Of a stretch of DNA of 64,000 nt, positions 39,660-53,797 are shown piece after piece. A program made the position numbers and the translations under genes. The notes under the pieces were generated by a model. The model saw only the letters and a list, made by a program, of their open reading frames with translations, did no database searches and was not told where the DNA came from. Numbering within the stretch: position 1 is the stretch's first letter; every line of letters starts with the position of its first letter. Origin of the DNA: Paragordius varius (lineage: Eukaryota > Animalia > Nematomorpha); the NCBI GenBank assembly GCA_964247055.1, contig OZ176056.1:8122001-8186000 (forward strand), given 5' to 3'.

Positions 39660-42600
39660 TCAAGTTTGTCTTTGTTTTTCGTCAATATTTTTTTCCGAAG
39701 GGTAAGTTTCAACAGGCAAACTAGTTATTAATTCTGTTTGCTGTTCACCCGAATCATCAGGTGTTATTAGACTCTGTTTTGGGGTGGATGGTGTTATATG
39801 TATGTCAGGAAAGGTATTTTTTGTAGCGTCACTCTGCTCACCGCTAAAACCTTCGACTGCATGATGTTCTTGATCAAGACTTTGAGTATCTTTGCCTAGG
39901 GACCATATGGGTTTATTAGTCTTGGAACCGATTTCGGGAACCGAATCGGAATGAAAAACCGGCTGAATTGGTCCGAAGGTAGCCTTTTCTAAAAAAATAT
40001 ATTTATTTAAAAGATTTAAATTTTATTCGTTTAGGGATTAGGATATACCAACTTTCAGTCAAAAACAACACTTTTTAACCAAACGCAACATTTGGATAAA
40101 AATATGTTGCATTTGCTTGAAAAAATGTTGCGTTTGGTTGAAAAGGTGTTGCTTTTCACCGAAAAATGGTATATAATTTAATATTTGATAGATGCAAAAT
40201 GCCACATAAGCGAAAACATGTGCAAACACTAAAATGCAAAGCACTTGCTCATAACTTTTTAAAATATAGATGCAAACAGCTTATTATTTATTAAAATAAT
40301 TTTAATTTTTATGTATAAGATATAAAATTAAAATATTATCTTATAAATAAATATTTAATTATCCATTTTAGATGAGATTGATGATGATGGCTAAAAATAT
40401 TTTGCTTTAGAAACGCGCCAGTTTACATAGCAAACTATTATCTATGTTTAATAAAAAAATTTATTTGATTTTTACAAATTGCATATAAAATAATTGGTTT
40501 ATAATTCCAATAACTGGTCATAAACCTCTTTTGATTTACTCTATTAATAATTAAAGCAAATTTCAAAATTTAAACAGTGTTAACAAAAAAAGGGCTGCTT
40601 AACATTTCGCGTGATTTTAATCTGCTCAGCTTTCGCGAATCAACATTTTTTGAAAGAATACTAAATTTGTATTCATACACAAAAACATTTTTAAATGATT
40701 GTAATGAAATTATATATAAATTTTATGTATGTTTTTATTCGTGAAAACTAATTTGTCAAGCACCCTAATTTATAATGAAGGACATGAATACATGATTTGT
40801 TTTAGGTTGTCTTATATAGTAGATTTAAAAATATCCATCCCATTTTTAATAATAAAAAGGGTAATGTAAAAAAGATACCTGTGGATGATTCCTCCGGCTC
40901 CTCCTCAGTTAATTTATCTAAATCGTCGAGTGATGCAAATTGATGATGCATAAGTGAATGTTTACTACCCCGTTTTGGAGAGCGCTTTTCCGCGCCCATT
41001 GCAAGGGGACTGGGTACGGGACGACCACTTTTAGATATAATTCGACTTAAGCCGAAACCCGCAGCTGGTAAACGCGAGGAAGATAAATTTTTAGAGCTTC
41101 CAAACGCTAATCCCTGTCCAGTATTCGGGCCAATGAAAGAAATGTTTGGAGATGAGGGTGCATTGTAAAGACCAGTCCCACCCGATGGATTTAGTATGCT
41201 TGATATCTTTTTGCGCATTTGCGCTGTGGAGGAGATCTTTTTTACGCGGGCATCATCTGGACGTTCTTTCCGCCCTGTTCCAGGGGATGAAGCCAGCTCT
41301 GGAGTTTGAGCGCCTGATCCATGATCAAGTCTTTGGGTACTAGCCCGACGACTTCCAACAACACGCCTGCCCCCTAAAATTGCTGAGGTGCGTCGAATCC
41401 CTGCTGCAGTGTCTCCTTGACTACCCCTTGGTTGTAACATAGGTCTAGAGATTGAAAAAAAAAACCAAAACATTTGTATTATACCATTTTTCATGCAAAA
41501 ACATCATTTTTTCAAGCAAACGCACCATTTTTTCAAGCAAACGCAACATTTTTTCAAGCAAAGGCAACAATTTTTCAAGCAAATGCAACATTTTTTCAAG
41601 CAAAGACAACATTTTTTCAAGCAAACGCAACATTTTTTCAAGCAAACGCAACATTTTTTCAACCAAATACAACATTTTTTCATCCAAACGCAACATTTTT
41701 TCAACCAAAGACAACATTTTTTCAAGCAAAAACAACACTTTTTTTTAATATTACAATGAATTATTATTTATTGGTAATTATAAATTATTTATTAAATTTT
41801 AAGTAAATGTAATTTATTTTTAGCGTTGAATTATGATTTTTATCGTTTTATCATCAATATTTGATGGTAAAATTGATTTTCAAACATTTTGAATTTGCCC
41901 ATAAATTGCATTATTTATTTATATTAATTATATTTTTCTTTTACAATTTTGGTTTCGCCTAATCAAATTATTTAATTTGCACTTCAAGAGTGTCTTTAAA
42001 AGTTTAAAGTTGTCCTTCAATTCAAGTTAATCCTTTGACTTTTTTGTTTTGTTTTTAACTTTTATTAATTAAATCGAAATAATTTATCTATTTTATTGTT
42101 TTTAACCTATTTTCTATTATTTAACATAAATTTTAAATGATATCATCTTTTAATCTTTGAGAAACCGTATATTAATTTCTTAAAATAATTTTAGATATTT
42201 ATAACACGAAAAAAAATATATGAGTTTTCTGGGTTATTAAAAAATTTTCATTAAAAACATTAAAAGTTAATAATTTTGTTCAATTAAAAAAATATTTTGA
42301 AACAAAAAAGTGGTTTTTCAATAAAAAATTTTATTTTTAAATGGATAAATATATAATAAATAAAGAAAATTAGGTTAATAAATAATAATATATATTAAAA
42401 AATAAATGCAAAAATTAGGGTAAAACAAAATTTATATATTTTAAGGACCAACTTAAAGAGTTCAAGGACCAACTGGAAATGTTCAAATACCAACTTGAAG
42501 TGATCAAGGACACTGTTGAAGTGCAAATTAAATAATTTGATTAGGCGAAACCAAAATTGTAAAAGAAAAATATAATTAATATAAATAAATAATGCAATTT

Positions 42601-45600
42601 ATGGGCAAATTCAAAATGTTTGAAAATCAATTTTACCATCAAATATTGATGATAAAACGATAAAAACCATAATTCAACGCTAAAAATAAATTACATTTAC
42701 TTAAAATTTAATAAATAATTTATAATTAACAATAAATAGTAATTCTTTGTAATATTAAAAAAAGTGTTGTTTTTGCTTGAAAAAATGTTGTCTTTGGTTG
42801 AAAAAATGTTGCGTTTGGATGAAAAAATGTTGTATTTGGTTGAAAAAATGTTGCCTTTGCTTGAAAAAATGTTGCGTTTGCTTGAAAAAATGGTGCGTTT
42901 GCTTGAAAAAATGATGTTTTTGCATGAAAAATGGTATATGAATTTAAAACAATGATTATCATTCGCGTTAAAATAATATAATTTCTACTCAATTTCAGAT
43001 ATAGATTCCATCCCTCGGGCCTCTGAGGAGGGCCTTCTCATTTTCTTTTTGGACATAGGCAAATATCTAAAAAATAGAAGTTTGAGTTATATATATCCAA
43101 ATAAATTTATACTTTCAAACTAATTCTTTTTAAAGGAAAAGTAAAAAATTAACCTATTTATTGAATATGGAGATAAGAATTTGTTTATGCCAGATTCATA
43201 ATCTAAAATCGGGGCATCTTCAGGTATGGGCTCTAGGTTTTGTCCTATCGCCATATCTTCAGGGTCTAAACTGAAATGTAAGATAATTATTTTGCTAATA
43301 CCCAATTGACAAATTATTAAAGAATGTGCCATAAAATTTTTAGTAACACTTGTTTTTAACTAATTTAGCATTAAGTCTAATTTTCGAAAATACTAAATAT
43401 AACGTTTAAAACCTTGAAGCAATTTTACGGCATATAAACTCTAACTCACTAAACATTTACAATTTATCCAGGTGCGAGAATAAAATTTTTAGTTTATACT
43501 TTAATTTTTTTATGTTTGACAAAAATTATTTCTACCAATAATAATATCAATTTAAAATTCATTTAATTACTGAATTATAATTCCAATATTAAGAAAACTT
43601 ATCTTCGTACAAAAATATATCAATGATGAGACTAATTGGAAGTCATATTATTGATCCCTGGTAACAGTTGTAGTCAATACCCCTGACTTTTTTGACATAA
43701 AATATTTAAAAATTATAAGGAATGAAAAAAGCAATTTTGAATAATGCATATTTAAGGCTAACTTGAAGACAAAACAACTTAAATATATGCATGAGCTAAT
43801 TGCAAAAAAGTGCGAAATACATCTACGTTATGAAGTCAAATGCTGCGAAAAAGTCTAATATGGTGTTCTTTCAAAGTGATACCATATATTTATTAAATAA
43901 ACTAACATGTGTTAAATTTTTACGATCTATATTTTCAATTAACTACCCGAATTCGTAACTACGCGTAGGAGATTATATTAAATTTTGGGGAAAAATAAAA
44001 TAAATGAAAAAAATATGAATATATAATTGCATACGCCAGGTTTGCTGTGGAGCCCATCCAAGTGTTCTTCTTATATTCTTGCGACGCAGCCGTATAAGGT
44101 AAATCGGGTTGATTTTGATCCCAATATTTGTCTTTGGTTAAAGTCGGGACCATATTATGCATTCCGTCTACAGCTAGTAGGGAAACTTGCAAATTCCTAT
44201 CAATAATCCAATTGATATCAAAATCATCCTCATCTTCTCCAAATGGGTTGAGCAATTCTTCAGCAACCTAATATATACCAGTTCAAATTTACCCTCGAAC
44301 AATTCAAATTCGCCCTCGAACAATTCAAATTCACCCTAAAAATAAATTATGTGTTTTCGAACTAATATAATTCATTATTAATATAAAATATATGTTTATG
44401 GTATAGTTTATTATTTTTTCAGTATTATTTAGATATAAAATAGAAAAATTATTTTCAAAAATATATAATATAAATTTTTAATCTTAAAAAACATATATTT
44501 TATTTGAGGGTGAATTTGAATTATAAGGTTGTAAATGGTAAATTGTGAAATTTTATGTTTCATGATAAAAGTATTCAGTTGCCAGTTATTTTCTGCTTAG
44601 ATTGAAAAAATAGAAAATTAGATTTAGGGATATGTAGGGTTTTTACCAAATGATAGAAAATAATTACTTTGAACCATCCCATGTAAAAAAAGAATTGAAG
44701 AAATGTAAAGATAGGAAAGTATATATCCTCATGGTTAGGATAACGCTTTTGACCATCAAGCAATTGACGTCCCATTAAAGACGCAAAGAAAAATGTATAA
44801 TTTGCTAGGGTAACTACCTAGTATGTTGGATAAAATTAGAAAATTATTATATTTTCCGTAAAAATTGAAATTATATGAACGGATGAGTAAAAAGTAAAAG
44901 ACAAATATTTTTAACAACCACGCCTTTTCAAAACTTGATTTTTTTCTACTTAAAATAAAAAATGCAGTTTCAGAGCATATGATAAAGCAGTGATACTCAA
45001 ACCGCGGCCCGCGGGCCGCATGCGGCCCTAAGAGTGCTTTAAAATTGCCCTATGACCATATTGATACTAAAATTATTTTTTTTATTGATGAAATCTTAAA
45101 ATACACATTATCGGATTTTCGCTTATTTCAATATTAATTTATTTTATTTAGATTTAATTTGATAATTTTTATTTTTACCCAATTTGAAATGTAGAAAAAT
45201 TTCCCTACATTAAAATAATTTCAAAATTTTGGAACACGTGGTTTTTGTTTCTGCATTCTATTTTCTTTTCTATTTTGAAATTACTGCATTCCTTTTTTGT
45301 ATTTAAGCAATCCTTTCACCCAAACTTGCATATACTTATTCTTTCATTCTATCCTGCATAATTTTATATAACTCACATCATTAAATTTTAATCTGTTTTT
45401 TATTGCATAATCATTTTTTTGAAGATATTTACATAATATTTAAACATAAATTCAAAGGATGACATTTAATGCTGAAAAACGTAAATTATCCGATGAAAAT
45501 CGCTCCGTTTAAAAAGAGAATGGTAAGAAAATTTTTTTGTCGTTTTAAATAAAAATGTCACCTGGCTTATATGTAAGGACACATAATTAAAATACAATAT

Positions 45601-48600
45601 TGAAAGACATTTTACAATCCAGCATTCTCACAAACCAGAAAATCATGAGGAAAAAAACGAAAAATGTTAAAAGATTAAGGAATTACACCAGAAAGAAAAA
45701 TCTATTATGTCCATAGCTAGCAGGAAAAAGCTGTAACATTAGCTTCGTATGGAATTTGCTATATTTTAGGAAAAAATATGAAACCGTTTACTGATTGCCA
45801 ATTAATAAAAGAATGTCTAATAAATGGTTGCACTTTTTTATTTAATAAATACATGGTAAAGATCAAATCATGACTTAAACTTTCTGATTCTACATGTGCT
45901 CGACGCATTATCTAAATATATTTATTGGCTCTGAAAAACTGCAAATATTTTAGTATTGCTATTGATTCTAGCACTGATATTAGTCAGCTCCTCAGTGTGC
46001 GCTCTTATGAGATTTTGCAACGACAACATAATCAACGAGGAATATTTATTATTTTTACCAATATATAATACCACGAAAGAGAGTTATTTTCTCGAATAAT
46101 TAGCCTTTTTTCGATAATAATGGTATATCTATGAGAAAATTGGTTTCGATCTGCACAGATGGCTGTCCCTCTATGATTGGAAACAAAGGATTTATTCCTC
46201 TTTTGAAAAACAAATATAAAATATTTGATCATTTAACTGCTTTACTCATAAGCAAAACCTGGTTTCGAGTGTAAAAGATGAATGCTAAATTCAGTAATTT
46301 AAAACGGTTGTGGATATAGTGAACCACAGGGGCAGAGTGTACCGCCGTAAATTCAAAAACCTTCTGAAAGATATCCACAGTGAGTTTGATGATATTCTTT
46401 TGTATACCACTGTAAGATGGTTAAGCCTTAGCAAAGTATTAAATAGATTTTTTCTTTTAAAACATGATATTATTTATAAAGGATAACAGAAAATTTGACA
46501 AGGAAATTAATAGTGACAAATGGTGGGTTTTATAGCCCACCTTTGTGACATTACTTATAAACTTAGTATTTTAAATACAAGTCAAGGGAGCAAAATAATA
46601 ACCCAATATGCTAATTGAGATTAAATTAATCATAGACAATTATTTAATTTTATATGATGAGATGAAATTCAGAGTTCAGGAATAAAGAAATATTAAAAAT
46701 TGCTTAAAATATTGAAAATCCCTGGCATATGGATCTATCCAATATTAAGCAACATGAGCATTTCGGTTTTGATCAGGTGCTATCATTGAAAAATTCGTAG
46801 ATTTTAAAAATGATTCCAATATGGAGGCTATATTCAAGGAGAATCGTGAGTAGAAATATATGTAGAGTTTTTATGCCAAATAAATATGAAAATATAAAAA
46901 AATGTGTCAAGTTATCCTAACTGTTTTTCCCTACCCTTACACATTTGAGACGGCATATTCAAAGATGAAGTATGTCAAGAATACATACAGAAATCACTTA
47001 ACCGATGATTATATGGACGACGTATTAATATTGGCCTATCATGAGGAGAAACCAAATTTGCCAAAAATTATTGGTTAATATCAAAATAAATGTTGTTATT
47101 AAAATATTTTAATTTTTTAAACTAAATGGTGAAAAACGAGTTTTTAGCTGGATTACATCCGCAAAAAAAATCATTGTGCTGATTTAAAGTATAAATATGT
47201 GCAAATAGCTATGGGATATTTGCCATTATAAAGTTCATGGCCCTCGAAAAAAAAATATATTTAATTTGGCCAGTCAAATTTTTTTGGTGAGTACCACTGT
47301 GATAAAGTGTATGACTATTTAAATTTTTTTCTTCTCAATCCAAAATGGTAAATTATTTTTAACGTTTCAAAGTTTAAAAAGAATGGGGTTGTCTTTAATA
47401 AAAATATTTTTCTAGTTTTGTCATTGGTATGTATAATATAATTTTTATTATATAAATTTACGGTTAGATATTGCCAATTACCTGAGTATATACTAAAGGT
47501 ATTGAGATCCAATCATAGGCATACAGACTCCCACAAGAGTCCCTAAACCGGGCCAAAATCTATATGGTACAATAATGATGAATATAAACTATTTCAACGT
47601 TTTTATTATACTAAAAATGATATAATATATATAAGCAAATATAGTAACTATGATGTTAAACACTAAATAAGGTACGATAACTGTATTCATCGACTATGCG
47701 ACGTTCCTTATAAGCTTTTAGGAGTAGATTTGAGCACCAAAGGCATGGGACCCACCATTTTGAGTGTGGACTCGGTAGTTCATCCCATAATTTAAGTTCT
47801 TCCTCGGTGATGAAACCTTAAACATATTTTTATCAAAAGGATAATATGTAAAATATTTTTGAATTTTATCTTTTGGATAAATCGCTGATAAAACTTATTG
47901 TCGAATCCTGTGGTTTTGTGTCCCTAATGCTCATTATATTATCGATAGTAATAAATTTTTAAATGATATTACTTAATCAATTTTATTTTTTTATTTATTT
48001 CATGAAAGAGTTATTATATTTAGGAAAAAAATAATTTTACCAGCATCAACTAAATGTTCCATGGTTGGGAATCGTTTTTTAACGGGTTTACTGATTGCCC
48101 GATAAACTAAAACAGCGCTAAGGTTGAGATATCGAATTATTGTTCGTCTTATCATTCGACCATGCTCATCATTACCTATAATCATTGCACTAACGGCTAA
48201 TCCCGCTCTATAGTAGTCATTTTTTTATATATATACATTTTAAAAATTTTTTAGATTAAATTTATTTAAAATTATCATCTATCATATATACACTTTAGCC
48301 AACAATTATAGATAATTGGTCAGAAACGCAAAAAGTTGCAGCAATAATACCGCTAAAATGTATAACGCAAAAGCAATTAAATATAAATTAAATTATGCCG
48401 TTATTTAAATAAACGTGCCAACTAAATGTACGCAAATGAAGTTTAAAATAAAGTTTATCAACATAAATTTGAAATGAATATTAATTATTATAAAGGGCAA
48501 TTACGTATCAGGCCATGGGACACATTGAAATTGTTCCCACCATCGGGTTACAACGGTTGAAACGAAAAATCCCAAAACAAAAGACAGGGGTATGAGGTTA

Positions 48601-50891
48601 ACGAAAGCATCACAGTAAAGTACTATGCGTTCGAAAATACTATCCAATTTTTAGTTAAAAGATAAAATAATCATTATTATTATAAATAGATGATGGAAAA
48701 AATTAGAATCATTTTTATAGGGTAAAAATTTTATATCTGTATAAGGCAGGGGTGTCCAACGCAAATGGCTTCGCAGGCATGCAGGCCGAAATATTTTAAA
48801 TATCAAACTTAAGACTGCAAAACACACCTCGTTATCAATTGGATAGACGTATTAGAAAAAATTGTTTAAGAAATATCAATTTTACTAAAATTTTGTGAGG
48901 ATATTTTTGCAAATTATAGATTTCCAAAATTTTCACGGACCGTGTGTTGGACACCCCTGGTATAAAAGTCTGTCCTTAAAAACTTTAACATTCGGCTGTT
49001 CACATAGAGACAGTGGAAAAATTGTACGGTTAAATGTTTTAATACAGTTATCACTACTAATAATAATAATACTATATTGTTTAAAGAATAAGCTATACGT
49101 CAACTAGTGATACGACATTACCTTACAGTGTGATATATAAAAAATTTAAATAATTATTTTTTTGTGAATACCATAACACAGTGCACTAAATAGGTATGAA
49201 ATAATGTTTTCTAAATAAAATTTCGTTTATGTTATGACTTTCTACAAAGGATTGACAATCTTAAATGAACATATATGTCCGTTCGAAACACAATTTTAAT
49301 CTAGTTTATTTTTTGGACCATTCAAAATTATAATAATCATAACAAACCTTGTAATTAATGGATCGCTGATAATGTAGTTGAAAATAAGCTTTTAATTATT
49401 AAAAGTAGGACAGTAGAAACTAAAATCGGACATACAATATATTATTCGTTATTATAGGTAAAAGCACTTCTATAAATTTTTAGTATCCTATCATAACTGT
49501 ATTATACCTGTTTTAATTCAATTTACTTTAAACTGACCTCTAAAAATATATTTTCAGTCTAATGTCTAAAATGCATGCAAAATTTATTTTTAAATTATGG
49601 AAGTTTAGCTAGCTAATCTTTTCGTTTGCCAAAAATACAATTTTAAACATCTTTTTGTTATTTTTTATTAATAATAATATCTTTGAAATAATATAAATTC
49701 TAAAGAGGTATTTTCGGTAAATAATATAAGCAAATAACAATTTTGGGAATTATATATTGCAAATATATATGCATACCTCTTTTGATGTTCGTTGAGAAGA
49801 AATCGATATATGAAATTTATTCCATAAAACAGGAGAAAATATATGGTAAATTCCTTCCAGATCAATTTGTATATGCTACCCTGCCAAAATTAATATTTTT
49901 AGTTATAATTATAATTAAGGGTTAATTTAAAGCAATATCGTATTATCATGATATTAAAATATCTATATTTTAACAATTTGAAGTTTTGCCGATTCCATAT
50001 GCATACAATAATTAAATAATTTCGTAAATTTGCAAATATGATATGATAAGTTAAATTTTCTGGCTTATATTTCATAAGAGTATTTATTGGATTAGATTTG
50101 GGTTGTGCAACTTCTTTTCATAATTATGAAAAATTTGTTAAATAGAGTTTTAAGTCATATTGATCTACTTCGCGTTATAGCATTTAAGTTCAAAAAGTAA
50201 AAACCTATCTTTTGAAAATTATTCGCATAGTATTTAAGCTCTTTCTCTATTATATTAACTCATGTACCTCTCTCTACCTTTCAAAAAAAATTAATTTAGC
50301 CTTCGTAAAACTTTAATTATTTATGATGAGATTGATTTTATACATTAAAATATTTTATTCAAACCCCAATTCGTTATGCACGACATAAATGCACATCATT
50401 TGTACTAAAGTGTTAACAAACGGCGCATGTCAAAACATGCGCCTAACTCTATATATGATTGAAATTACAGTAAAAACTGAAATTATACGGACAAAATGTA
50501 AAATTTAAAGACAAATATTTTTTTTCTAAAAGACAACCATACTATTTAAATCTTGATTCATTTCAACATAACTTGTTTTAAATGGCAAAGCTTAAAATAG
50601 AAATATATAGTTCTAACTCAATCAATTCTATATTTTACAATCGTAACTAAGTATCTTTTATGGGAAACATTTGGGTTTTAAAAAGTATGGTTGTCTTTTG
50701 CTTTATATTTTCACGTTTCTGTATAAAATTTTTACTGTAACATATCTAAATTAATACATTTTAAATTTTTAACTTTAATTATTCGAAAACCACAAAATAA
50801 ATATTTAAGCAAATACCTTCCATATGGCTAGAATTTTAAAGAAAGTGCATAATCCTGAATCCGAAATCTTGCTATTGTATGCGACTGTCAT
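39660..50891 (-). CDS. BEST: Bestrophin calcium-activated anion channel, paralog B, 12 exons, 728 aa
   Basis: Exons 50891-50817, 49880-49777, 48639-48505, 48207-48041, 47816-47662, 47559-47482, 44817-44668, 44267-44035, 43270-43154, 43066-42989, 41444-40879, 39988-39660 sum to 2187 nt. Motifs [48 protein letters not shown]. Confidence 0.92.
41480..42938. mobile_element. Family H foldback-like element: about 500-bp inverted arms with 21-bp tandem arrays
   Basis: TATACCATTTTTCATGC...GCATGAAAAATGGTATA. About 11 and about 8 units of TTTTTCAAGCAAACGCAACAT; arms 41480-42000 versus 42500-42938 nearly perfectly inverted. Confidence 0.9.
44274..44540. mobile_element. Family A MITE abutting the bestrophin B exon 8 acceptor
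   Basis: TATACCAGTTCAAATT start, 21-bp repeats, GTAAATGGTA end. Another copy at 51783-52086. Confidence 0.8.
44857..47465. mobile_element. Family B MITE split by the Charlie-type insertion
   Basis: Left B TIR at about 44857-44940 and right B TIR at about 47370-47465 flank the hAT element. Confidence 0.6.
44988..47299 (+). mobile_element. hAT Charlie/SPIN/GTF2IRD2-type transposon with decayed transposase
   Basis: CAGTGATACTCA.../...TGAGTACCACTG termini with perfect 8-bp TSD TGATAAAG. Broken-frame motifs [72 protein letters not shown]. Confidence 0.9.
48747..48959. mobile_element. Family G hAT-Charlie-type MITE
   Basis: CAGGGGTGTCCAAC...GTTGGACACCCCTG; TSD-like GTATAAGG/GTATAAAA. Confidence 0.8.
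50466..50739. mobile_element. Family B MITE, complete
   Basis: TA-CAGTAAAAACTGAAATTATACGG...TTTTTACTG-TA. Confidence 0.85.
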
Positions 50892-52801
50892 TGGGTATAA
50901 TGGTTTTTTAAAAAGTTGATCATTACTCCGTTTAAAATCGTCGATAACGAATTTAACCAAGAATGGTATGGAATAGAATAGGATAAGAATATATTTTTTA
51001 CCGCATTAATTTAATTATATCTGAACGTCTCTTTTTATATAAGAATTTTCGTTAAACATTGTAATCTCATAATTTAAATTTAAAGTGTAGGAAGGAAAAT
51101 AAAAATTCCTTGTACGTAATGAAAAATGATTAATATATAAGATATAAGGAAAATATATATATATATATATATGATTGAGAAACTGTTATTAGTATTTTAT
51201 TATTTTTATATAATACCTTTTATATTTTATACTTGTATATATATATATATATATATATTACTAAACCGTAAATGGAAATACCTCATTTTTATCATAAGTA
51301 TAAGTGAATGAGTAAGCGTGGAAATATATATTGATTTCAATATTAGATTTTCCAATTCTGTAATAAAAATAATAATAAATTTTTTTATTACGAAAGCACA
51401 GTAGGTTAGCATAATAATAATCGAATTTTAATTTTTTTTATAATAAAAATGACTAGTATGAATATATATTTTCATATCTTTTGGGGTAGTTTTATACCAG
51501 AGCGATTTTAGTTCAGATTAGGCCAAGCCAAAAAATATAAATATGGCCTTTTAGGCATAATATATAATTTTTCTTAACAAATAATTATTTATGCTTCAAC
51601 ACTTTTTAAATCTTTTTCGGATTTCCACATATCGTTAAAAATAGTAACTATGGAAATTATGGTTAAAACAAATTCGATTTGTTTTTCATAATTAAATTAT
51701 GCCGGCAGTAAGAAATTTAATTTTTAGATCAGCCGTATAACTGATTTAAAATTTATTTTAATGAGCAAAAGAATAATTAAGATATGCCATTTACAATTCA
51801 AACTCACCCTTGAACAATTCGAAACCCTTAAACAAAAATTCACCCTAGATATAAATTAAATTTTTTCGGGCTCTAATGTAACCGATCAATAATATATATA
51901 TTCCCATGCATAGTTTATTATTTTTTCCAGTATTAAGGGAATTTTAATCAAAACTTCATATTTTAAAAATATAAAAAATATAGGTATTTTTATATCATAA
52001 AAATCACACAATTAATTAATTATTTTAGAATAAATTATAATTGTTCTAGGGTGAATATAAATTGTTTTAGGGCTGTAAATGGTATATTAAGTATCTCTAA
52101 TATATTATGATGTATAATGACAGTAAAAACTGAATTACGGAGAAAACGTGAAAATAAATATTTTTTTTTAAAAGACCACCATACTTTTTTAAACCTTAAT
52201 ATTTCTCATATAAATAATATAATTACAAATAATTGATAGAGTCATCAATATAAATATTAATTCTATAACTTGCAATTTAAATCAATAATATTGATTCGAA
52301 AACCAAATTTAAAAAAGCACAAGAGTCTTTTGAAAAAATATTTGTCTTTATATTTTTGCGTTTTATCCGTAAAGCTCTGAGTTAAAATTAGCCCATTTCC
52401 ACGTTAATGAAGTGTGAATGAACAACTTTTATACTACTTTAACAAGTATTGGGGATTTATTCGTATTATTTGGTCAATAAAATAATTTTAAGATATGAAA
52501 TTCAAATGGTGCTCTACCTAACCAAATAATGCATAAACTCGAAATATGTTAAGTACTATGTTTAATGTTTCAAAGACGTCTCAGGCTTCTCTTATAATTT
52601 TATCATTCTGCCAATTAGGTTATGTCGTTTATTTATTTTAAGCATAGAACAGAGAGATATTATGATGCAATTTTCAAATAAAAATTCACCATTTGTTGAA
52701 GCTTATTAATTAAAATTTACAGTAAAAATTCATATTACAACTTTGTTTAAAAAAGAGAAATAATTTTATTTAACAAAAATTTTTTTCATGAGATAGCTTA
52801 A

Positions 52802-53797
52802 CGATTCATTTGCCGCAAAAAATTATATTTGTGACGCTCTATTTTTGGAAATATTTAGAGAAAATCAAAATTGGGTAAAAAGGGAATAAGGATTATTAAA
52901 TATAATTAAATAAATAATAATTAAACTTGAGATATTAGATTGTATTGCAGATATAGCCTAAAATCATATAGTTAGGGTTTTTAATAAAACTCAGATCAAA
53001 AGCGTTTTTCTTTTAACATGCATAAAAGACAAAAAACTTTTTATGAATTTATTATAGAATATTTTTTTAAATTATTTATTAGCTAAATTAACTATTTAAC
53101 ATTCTTATTCGGAAAAACTTATGTATAAAAAAACTTAAAAATATTGTTTTTTTATTTTTTGTCTTCTGGTATGAATGTTTAAAATATTTACTGTTTTATT
53201 TTGAAATATTGCATGAAGGGAAATTTTAAATTATATAAATTTATGCAATAGGATTAAAAAGTAGTGGAATATTAACCAAAAATCCTTACAATTACTTGTA
53301 ACAAGTTTGTTTTATTAATTAATATTTTAAGGATTCGTGCGAATTTTTGGTTGATATATTTGTCTATTGTGTAATAATTTGTATATTTTATGATTCCCGC
53401 TCATGTAAGATTCCAAAATAAAACAGTAGATGAAAATTTTTATATACTCTTAAACTAGATGACAAAAGAATGAAAAAATATTTTTTTAGTTTTATTTTGA
53501 ATATATATTACTGAATAAAATATGAATATTTAGAGTTTAATAGTGATAGTAAATAATTAGAAACATTTATATTAATATAGTTTCATATTTTTTTATCTTG
53601 TATAATAACCGCTTTTTTGATATGAGTTATTATAAAAAACCTAACTATATAATTTTAGGCTTATACAATATACCATAATATCACAAGAGTTATCATTATT
53701 TTTTTAATTATCCATATTCACTTTTTGCCCAATTTCGATTTTCTCTCAATATAAAAACTAAGTTGCCAAATAAATTTTTTTGCGGCAAATGAATTCG
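52802..53797. mobile_element. About 1-kb element bounded by inverted repeats ATTCATTTGCCGCAAAAAA
   Basis: About 20-bp inverted repeat at both ends; interior resembles parts of the 22512-23951 element; TSD unclear. Confidence 0.45.

Noticed and set aside
41445-42992. ORF-track proteins such as [12 protein letters not shown]..., [11 protein letters not shown]..., MLFLLEKML... (metallothionein-like or coiled-coil look)
   Set aside because: They are translations of a 21-bp (7-codon) tandem repeat, open in several frames on both strands inside a foldback element within an intron
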